A stretch of 64,000 nucleotides of DNA. Source: Candidatus Latescibacterota bacterium. Its GTDB lineage: Bacteria > Latescibacterota > UBA2968 > UBA8231. Positions 58,404-64,000 of the stretch are shown here, in pieces. Position 1 is the stretch's first letter. The number at the start of each line of letters is the position of its first letter. A program made the position numbers and the translations under genes. The notes beneath the pieces were generated by a model. The model was not told the DNA's origin and ran no database searches. It saw only the letters and a list, made by a program, of their open reading frames with translations. The stretch is taken from contig OZ241867.1 of assembly GCA_965203175.1 (NCBI GenBank), positions 1,248,001-1,312,000 of the forward strand, in the 5' to 3' direction.

Positions 58404-61112
58404 CTAATCTAGACCGGCGTACATCGTGGCAAAGGACACGCTGCCCGTCTCGGTCTCGTTATCTATCGATCTTCTGGTCAATCTCATACCCATGTTCGTC
58501 AACAGCCGGTAACCCAGGTAATTGGTGACGTTCGAGAACTGCACCGCTCCGACGATCTCGGTGAAATCGTCGAGCAGTCCCTCCTTGACCGCGGTCTCCG
58601 ATTTGCGCAGCTGGTTGAAGATCGTGTACTCCACACCGGCCTGCATGGTGGAAGAAGAAAACAGCGGCCATCGCGCCAGCAGGGAGAGTTGCAGCGTGTC
58701 TTCCCTGCGCTTGGGATCAGAGCTGAGCGCCGGAGCCTCCAGCCTGAGTTCGTTCTTTATTCTCGGCATGAGATCGACATAGGCGATCTTGCGCTCGAGG
58801 TCCACCTTGTTGATGAAACCGAAGAAGGTGTAGTCCTCGCGCAGATCGGGATGTCGTTCGTTCTGGTGCCAGCGATCGTATTTGAACTTACTCACGAAAT
58901 TCACATCCTCGATCTTGGTGTACTTGAAGCTCATGAACGTGGAGTTTATCCACGTGTCCTGAGCCGCCAGGGGATCGACAGTTGGAACGTTCCGCCGCTC
59001 GAACTCGTTCCACTGGCGAAGATCGTTCTCGATGTTGTCCTTGGCGATTCTGAGATTCTCGTAGATCGTCAGCCTGCCAAGACCCGGATAGTCTCGTTCT
59101 AGGGTGAAGAGCACGTAGTTAGTTGTGTTCTCCCCGTCGCCTGCAATCAGTCTCTCATCCGTTCGTCCGACGGTCAGCCTGATGCCCGGAAGCAGGCCGA
59201 CGCCGCCGTAGATGTTGTATCCTGCGTGGTCTCTCGGGTAGGGAAAATCCGGCTCATCGTCGTTTTCGAACCGATCTACCCAGATGTTGTTGTTCATGTC
59301 TAATCCGAACAAGTACTCCGGCCTGTCTGTTCCGTATCTCAAGAACGGCTCGTCGTAGTCCGGGACGAGATTGGGAAGGTCTTCGCTGTCGTTCTGGTTG
59401 AAATCGGATATGAAGTCGAGGTTTTCGTCGTACCCGGGAAACACCTCGATGTCTATGTCTTGGAATATCCTCTGCCAGTCGGGGTATCTATCCTGATCGT
59501 CGTTGTCGTCGACGAGCTCGTAGAAGAATCTCCCCTCGTCCGAGTAGTCTATGTTGGTCTCGCCCCTGGCCAGTATGGCGCTGGTGTTGTAGTTGTGGGC
59601 CATGCTGTAGGCTTCGCTGAAGAAGAAGAACGGATAGGCGACCTTCGACAGATTCAACATCCAGCCATCGCCTTGGTCAGAGGCCCCTAGGTGCTTGGTG
59701 TGCGCCCTGTTGGGGTACTTCCTGTAACTCACGCTGCGGTCCCATTCTCCGTACAAGTCGAATCCCCAGAGGCGGGTCGCCTCCAGCGTAAATCCGAATA
59801 TCTCGGTGGCCGTCGGCAGACCATACGGGATCTTCAGGACTGTCAGGTTGGAGCCATCCTTGACGTTATCATCGGCTCTGGCAGCCAGCAGGTAGACGTT
59901 GGCCAACTGCCTGTCGAACTGGCGGTCCGAGGTCATCTCGATTCTGTAGTCGTTGGCGACTGCCAACTCGAATGTCACCATTCTTATCTCTGACGGATCT
60001 GGGCCTGTGTACGTCGCCACCGAGAAGTCGTAGACCAGTTCGATCTGCTCGGAGCCGTTCGCCTCCCAGAACCCCAGCCTCTGAAAGCCGCCTTGGGGCT
60101 CGGGAATCAGCCCGACTTCGCTGGCCCGGACGGTCTTCCTTGCGAAACTCACATCCCCCGCTTCATCGATCGTTTCGACGTCGGCCTCTATGATCATGTC
60201 CCACGCGAACAGCGTGGCACCGCCTTCGTTGTCCTCTGGCGAGTCGTCCGAGAGTCGCACGAAGACTTGGGTGACGTTCTCCGCGTTCTGACTGGAGGTG
60301 ATCGAACCGCTTCGCGGGCTGCCCTCGAAGGCGTCGAGGAGCTGAGAGGAGTTGTGGGCGCTCACGTGGTTGGCGCCGAGTTTGAGATAATCTCCAATCT
60401 GGGTCGTCGCGCGTCGGCCGGTCAGGGTCGTCGAGCTCGTCTGCTGGTTACTGGGGCTTCGCGAGCCGGCGGCACCCGGCGAGCTGATCCGCGAGAGGAG
60501 CGCCGTTACTTCGTACTTGTCGGATTGATAGTCCACCTGAATGCCGTCGAACGCCGGCTTGGAGAAGGTCATCGGGGTCAGGGTTGACCGAATCTCGTCG
60601 CCTATGGTGATGGCCAGATTGTGCTGTCCCTTCTGATCGGAGGCTACGACCAGCCTACTGAAGAAACTCTGGAACCGTTCGGTCTTAAATAGGTTGCTTC
60701 CCCCCTGCTGGGGCTGGGTCTGGCTCCAGTCGTAGATCAGCCATCCTCTGGTGATGTACGAACCGTAGATGTCGTAGAAGTAGTCCCCCTCGAGATTGGT
60801 CGATACATAGCGCTTGTAGTGATCTCTCGCGTAGTTGCTGTACTCCCACTGCTTCCACTGATATTCGCGAAACAGCTCCTGTGGGACGTACCACTTCTTG
60901 ACCGCGGGGTCTAGAGCGCCGAACAGGACGCCGGGGCCCGTCGGTTCGAACGTGAGTTCGCCGCCGCGGCGAAACCCCTTTATCCGGTCTCGATCGGGAC
61001 CCTGGGCTTCCGAGCGAGTACTGTGCAGCAGAATTGCCGAGACGATGGTACACCATATGGCCAGCGCACCAACCAGGCGCATCGCGGCTCTGAACGTATG
61101 ACCGGTCACCAT
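58404..61112 (-). CDS. Large exported hypothetical protein, possible outer-membrane beta-barrel
   Basis: Signal peptide; alternating aromatic beta-strand patterns in the C-terminal third; Asp-rich DDNDDQD/DMNNN loops. Confidence 0.6.
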   Translation of the reverse strand: MVTGHTFRAAMRLVGALAIWCTIVSAILLHSTRSEAQGPDRDRIKGFRRGGELTFEPTGPGVLFGALDPAVKKWYVPQELFREYQWKQWEYSNYARDHYKRYVSTNLEGDYFYDIYGSYITRGWLIYDWSQTQPQQGGSNLFKTERFQSFFSRLVVASDQKGQHNLAITIGDEIRSTLTPMTFSKPAFDGIQVDYQSDKYEVTALLSRISSPGAAGSRSPSNQQTSSTTLTGRRATTQIGDYLKLGANHVSAHNSSQLLDAFEGSPRSGSITSSQNAENVTQVFVRLSDDSPEDNEGGATLFAWDMIIEADVETIDEAGDVSFARKTVRASEVGLIPEPQGGFQRLGFWEANGSEQIELVYDFSVATYTGPDPSEIRMVTFELAVANDYRIEMTSDRQFDRQLANVYLLAARADDNVKDGSNLTVLKIPYGLPTATEIFGFTLEATRLWGFDLYGEWDRSVSYRKYPNRAHTKHLGASDQGDGWMLNLSKVAYPFFFFSEAYSMAHNYNTSAILARGETNIDYSDEGRFFYELVDDNDDQDRYPDWQRIFQDIDIEVFPGYDENLDFISDFNQNDSEDLPNLVPDYDEPFLRYGTDRPEYLFGLDMNNNIWVDRFENDDEPDFPYPRDHAGYNIYGGVGLLPGIRLTVGRTDERLIAGDGENTTNYVLFTLERDYPGLGRLTIYENLRIAKDNIENDLRQWNEFERRNVPTVDPLAAQDTWINSTFMSFKYTKIEDVNFVSKFKYDRWHQNERHPDLREDYTFFGFINKVDLERKIAYVDLMPRIKNELRLEAPALSSDPKRREDTLQLSLLARWPLFSSSTMQAGVEYTIFNQLRKSETAVKEGLLDDFTEIVGAVQFSNVTNYLGYRLLTNMGMRLTRRSIDNETETGSVSFATMYAGLD

Positions 61113-61167
61113 GTGACTCCCCCTATCCTTGCGGCTCCAATGCTGAGGCCGGACTGCGCGCGAAAAA

Positions 61168-62910
61168 TCAATAGACCAAAGGCGCGATCGCAGTCTTGCT
61201 CTCCTTACCTGTATCTGCAGCGACTTCCACGCGCACGAGGTAGATTCCCGGCGCTAGCATTTGCCCGTTGTCGTCCGCGCCGTCCCAAACTCTCTGATAT
61301 CTTCCACCGATGTCGAGGTCGGAGTAGATCACCCTTCTGAGGCGGCCGGCGAGGTCGTAGACTTGTACCGACACCGGAGCACCGCCTGTCAGGTTAACGA
61401 TATCGTAGGTGACGATGGCTTGGTCGTTAACTCCATCGCCATTGGGCGTAAACGGAGCCGGGGCAGCCTCGAGGAAGGTGATGCGATTGTCGGCGACCCG
61501 GGTGGTGACCGACAGGTCGTCACCCCCGGCGACGGGGTCAGCGTCCACGTCTCCCGGGACGAGCGTCTGCGGCAGGTTCTGCGGTCTCTGGGTGTCGAAG
61601 ACCCTGCCGATGAAGACGGTTTTGTAGTGCAGCGCGATGCTCTCGAACACGACGCGCAGCAGTCGGTTGTCACCGGTGATCCTCGGGAAGCTGATTCGGA
61701 CGCCGACGATGTCGCCGTCGTCTTCGATGTCCTCCTTGTCCCACGCCACGTCGGTCCCGTCGATCTGGACCGATCGGATGATCTCCACCGGTGCCTGTGT
61801 CTTGATGTCGAGTTGGTCGAAGCCGCTGCTGTTGTAGCTGCGCACCCAGTAGGTCAGTTCGGTCGCCTGCCCGATCACGGCTTCCTGAGGCCACACCTCC
61901 CCCACCACGGAATCGGCCAGCGCTGGCGAGACCTCTACGGCAATCGAATCGACCGTCGCGGCCGAAAGGATGTCGCTGCTCTGGAACAGAACGCGAAACT
62001 GCCAGTACTGGCGGGGTGCAGGTGATGCGATCTGTGTACGGACTCCGGCCGGATAGGGAAGAGACCATCCGCTCCACTCTAGGCTATCGCTCGGGTCCGG
62101 CGTGTGGCCACTCCGGGTGGATACGGTAGCAGATACCTTGGCAGGTTCTCCTATCGTCTCCTTTGCCCACATTATACTGCCAAAGACGGCGGGCCGACCT
62201 TCATCGAACACCTTTGAGGTGTACGCAGCAGCAGATGTGAAACCTTCGCCGAAGATCTCAAACTCGTCAATCTCCCATTCCCCTCGAACGAGCTGTTTCA
62301 CTTCTATGAAACGCACGAACTGCAGCGGCACAGCTAGGTCGACGACCGGGTCGAGATTGCGCTCGACTGTCTTGAAGAGTCTGAGATCGGGATTTCCGGA
62401 AACGGTCTGCTGCTCCTCGCTGCCGTCGTTCAGCCTCACTAGGTAACCCTTCAGGAAGAACTCCTCAAACCCTTCGCGGGGGAAAAATCTGATCCTGTTG
62501 ACTCCGAAACGCTCGCCCAGATCAAATCTCAGTATGATTCCTGTGGCTGACGGGATCTTGATTTCGAAGGCCGTGTTCCTGCCGTCCACCATGTTGTCCA
62601 ACAAGTTCTCGAATTCACTCTGGGTGACTTCGAGGACCGTGCGCGCATTTGGCGACGTTATTTGCCCCCCCCTTTCGATCAACTTCAGGGAAATGTTGTC
62701 TTCAGGATCGTTCTGTAAAGGTTGAATGGAACCGGGGTTGGTTTCGAAATCGATGACCGCTATCTCGGAATACTCCTGATCCCAGGCGCGGGAACCCGGG
62801 CCACCTCCGAAGATGATCGTCTCTCCATTGCCTGTCGCCGCAAGTCCGAGGAGAACAATGGATAAAACGGGCAGGGCCACTGCTCTATGAGGTGATGTCC
62901 CGACTGGCAT
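61168..62910 (-). CDS. Exported discoidin-like protein with FlgD-Ig/CHU_C-like C-terminal domain
   Basis: FDLG, WSGWS.PY, SPAPRQYWQFR, tail PFTPNGDGVND...YDLAGRL...WDG...PGIY; ATG 62910 gives a signal peptide. Confidence 0.78.
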   Translation of the reverse strand: MPVGTSPHRAVALPVLSIVLLGLAATGNGETIIFGGGPGSRAWDQEYSEIAVIDFETNPGSIQPLQNDPEDNISLKLIERGGQITSPNARTVLEVTQSEFENLLDNMVDGRNTAFEIKIPSATGIILRFDLGERFGVNRIRFFPREGFEEFFLKGYLVRLNDGSEEQQTVSGNPDLRLFKTVERNLDPVVDLAVPLQFVRFIEVKQLVRGEWEIDEFEIFGEGFTSAAAYTSKVFDEGRPAVFGSIMWAKETIGEPAKVSATVSTRSGHTPDPSDSLEWSGWSLPYPAGVRTQIASPAPRQYWQFRVLFQSSDILSAATVDSIAVEVSPALADSVVGEVWPQEAVIGQATELTYWVRSYNSSGFDQLDIKTQAPVEIIRSVQIDGTDVAWDKEDIEDDGDIVGVRISFPRITGDNRLLRVVFESIALHYKTVFIGRVFDTQRPQNLPQTLVPGDVDADPVAGGDDLSVTTRVADNRITFLEAAPAPFTPNGDGVNDQAIVTYDIVNLTGGAPVSVQVYDLAGRLRRVIYSDLDIGGRYQRVWDGADDNGQMLAPGIYLVRVEVAADTGKESKTAIAPLVY

Positions 62911-62929
62911 TGCCAAGCACTGGCTCCTG

Positions 62930-64000
62930 TTAGTAGGCGACGTGCACCAATCGATGGACCGAGGTGTTCTTCTTGGATGTCGAATCCACATCTAGGTCGA
63001 TGCGCATCAGATAAATCCCCGGTGGCACGATCTCTCCCGACTGATCAACTCCCGTCCACGCCACCGTATGACGACCCGCCGTTATAGTCTCCTCAGCTAT
63101 CCGCGTCACCAGTCGGCCGCTCAGATCGTACACTGCCACCTGAACCGGCGCCGAGCTGAGCACTCGCAGCAGCGAAAAACTGACCTCCAGTTCGTCGTTG
63201 ACGCCGTCGCCGTTGGGCGTAAAAACGCGATCGACCTGTAGATCCCCCAGCAACTCGCCGCGCTCCAGCGCCAACACCACCGTCGTCTCGCTGTCCACAA
63301 CCCCGTTGGCATCGCCGTCATCCACCCGCTGCCACGAGTTTTCGAACGCCGAGTTCCCCATGGAGCCGATGAAAAACGTGTTGAACCTGAATATGGTCGC
63401 CTCAAACTGAAGCTCCACCAGCGCTGATCCACTCGTCGTCTTGATTGCAGCTGGCAGACGCACCCACAGCGAATCCGTCTCCATCACCACCTCAAACCCC
63501 TCGCTCTCCGCCGTATACGTCACGGCGTCCTGCCCCGTCACGTTTACACTCACCTGTTTCAGCTTCATGCCAACGTCGTCGGGTGCCTCGATGAGGATCT
63601 CGTCGAACCCCCTGCTGCCCGATTTGAAGGTCGAACGAATGAAATACGACATTTGCTGCTTCGTGCCTATCTCCTCCAGCCGCGAGGGCAGCACCTCGCC
63701 CACGATCGCGCCAGCCACCGGCGTCACGAAGTTCAGCGCCACCGAACGTAGCGTGGCCGCCGCCTTAGGGTCTTCTGTCAGGAAGATCGCCCTGATGGCG
63801 ACGAACCGTCTGGGACTGGGCGAGGTAATCTTTGCGCCTGAATCGAAGTAGGGCTGACTCCAGCTACTCCAGTCATCGCCCGGGAGCGTCTCGGTTCTGA
63901 CCGGGCCCACCGAAGCTTCCCCGAAGAACTTCTTGTCCGTCTCCCAGGCCTTGGCCGCCTCCTCTTCGGTGCCTGGGAATTCATCCCCGTTCTTCTTGTA
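62930..64000 (-). CDS. Paralog of the FlgD-Ig/CHU_C-tailed family (5' end outside window)
   Basis: Frame is open to the window edge; WSSWSQPY, SPSPRRF, VFTPNGDGVND, YDLSGRLV, PPGIY. Confidence 0.8.
   Translation of the reverse strand, partial: YKKNGDEFPGTEEEAAKAWETDKKFFGEASVGPVRTETLPGDDWSSWSQPYFDSGAKITSPSPRRFVAIRAIFLTEDPKAAATLRSVALNFVTPVAGAIVGEVLPSRLEEIGTKQQMSYFIRSTFKSGSRGFDEILIEAPDDVGMKLKQVSVNVTGQDAVTYTAESEGFEVVMETDSLWVRLPAAIKTTSGSALVELQFEATIFRFNTFFIGSMGNSAFENSWQRVDDGDANGVVDSETTVVLALERGELLGDLQVDRVFTPNGDGVNDELEVSFSLLRVLSSAPVQVAVYDLSGRLVTRIAEETITAGRHTVAWTGVDQSGEIVPPGIYLMRIDLDVDSTSKKNTSVHRLVHVAY

Noticed and set aside
32324-64000. Selenoprotein genes (in-frame TGA plus SECIS) near selC
   Set aside because: I saw no ORF pair that joins across a TGA into a recognisable selenoprotein family.

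Overview
Bacterial chromosome segment. The PhyH, FlgD-Ig/CTD, TPR and CRTAC1 gene content resembles Latescibacterota/Gemmatimonadota-type FCB-group bacteria (inference only). Positions 1-32.3 kb are housekeeping: rne/rng 3' end, rplU-rpmA, sucCD, glycosyltransferases, an XRE regulator, two DUF151 nucleases, a variant ccm operon, an M24 peptidase, HtrA, a sigma54 activator, a large TPR protein, ispE-tRNA-Gln-rplY-pth-hppA-rpsF-DUF2232-rplI and tRNA-Sec. After tRNA-Sec the region is an accessory mosaic. It holds two tandem DUF4091/GH123-like paralogs, a 7-heme cytochrome/PKD/TPR/CRTAC1 cluster, a degraded integron, a broken DUF433/DUF5615 TA pair, a double-domain PhyH protein, a GH5, and a family of exported proteins with FlgD-Ig/T9SS-like tails next to an unknown 902-aa protein and a PpiC chaperone. 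The integron has a truncated intI, an attI, and four attC-bounded cassettes that all look like anti-phage genes; the first is hit by an IS3. Top leads: (1) the integron defence-cassette array; (2) an unannotated structured ncRNA with its own promoter and terminator, divergent from an XRE regulator with shared operators; (3) the CTD-cargo/putative barrel/PPIase module; (4) a PhyH domain with an HxG halogenase-type motif. All family calls are by-eye motif recognition; no searches were run.
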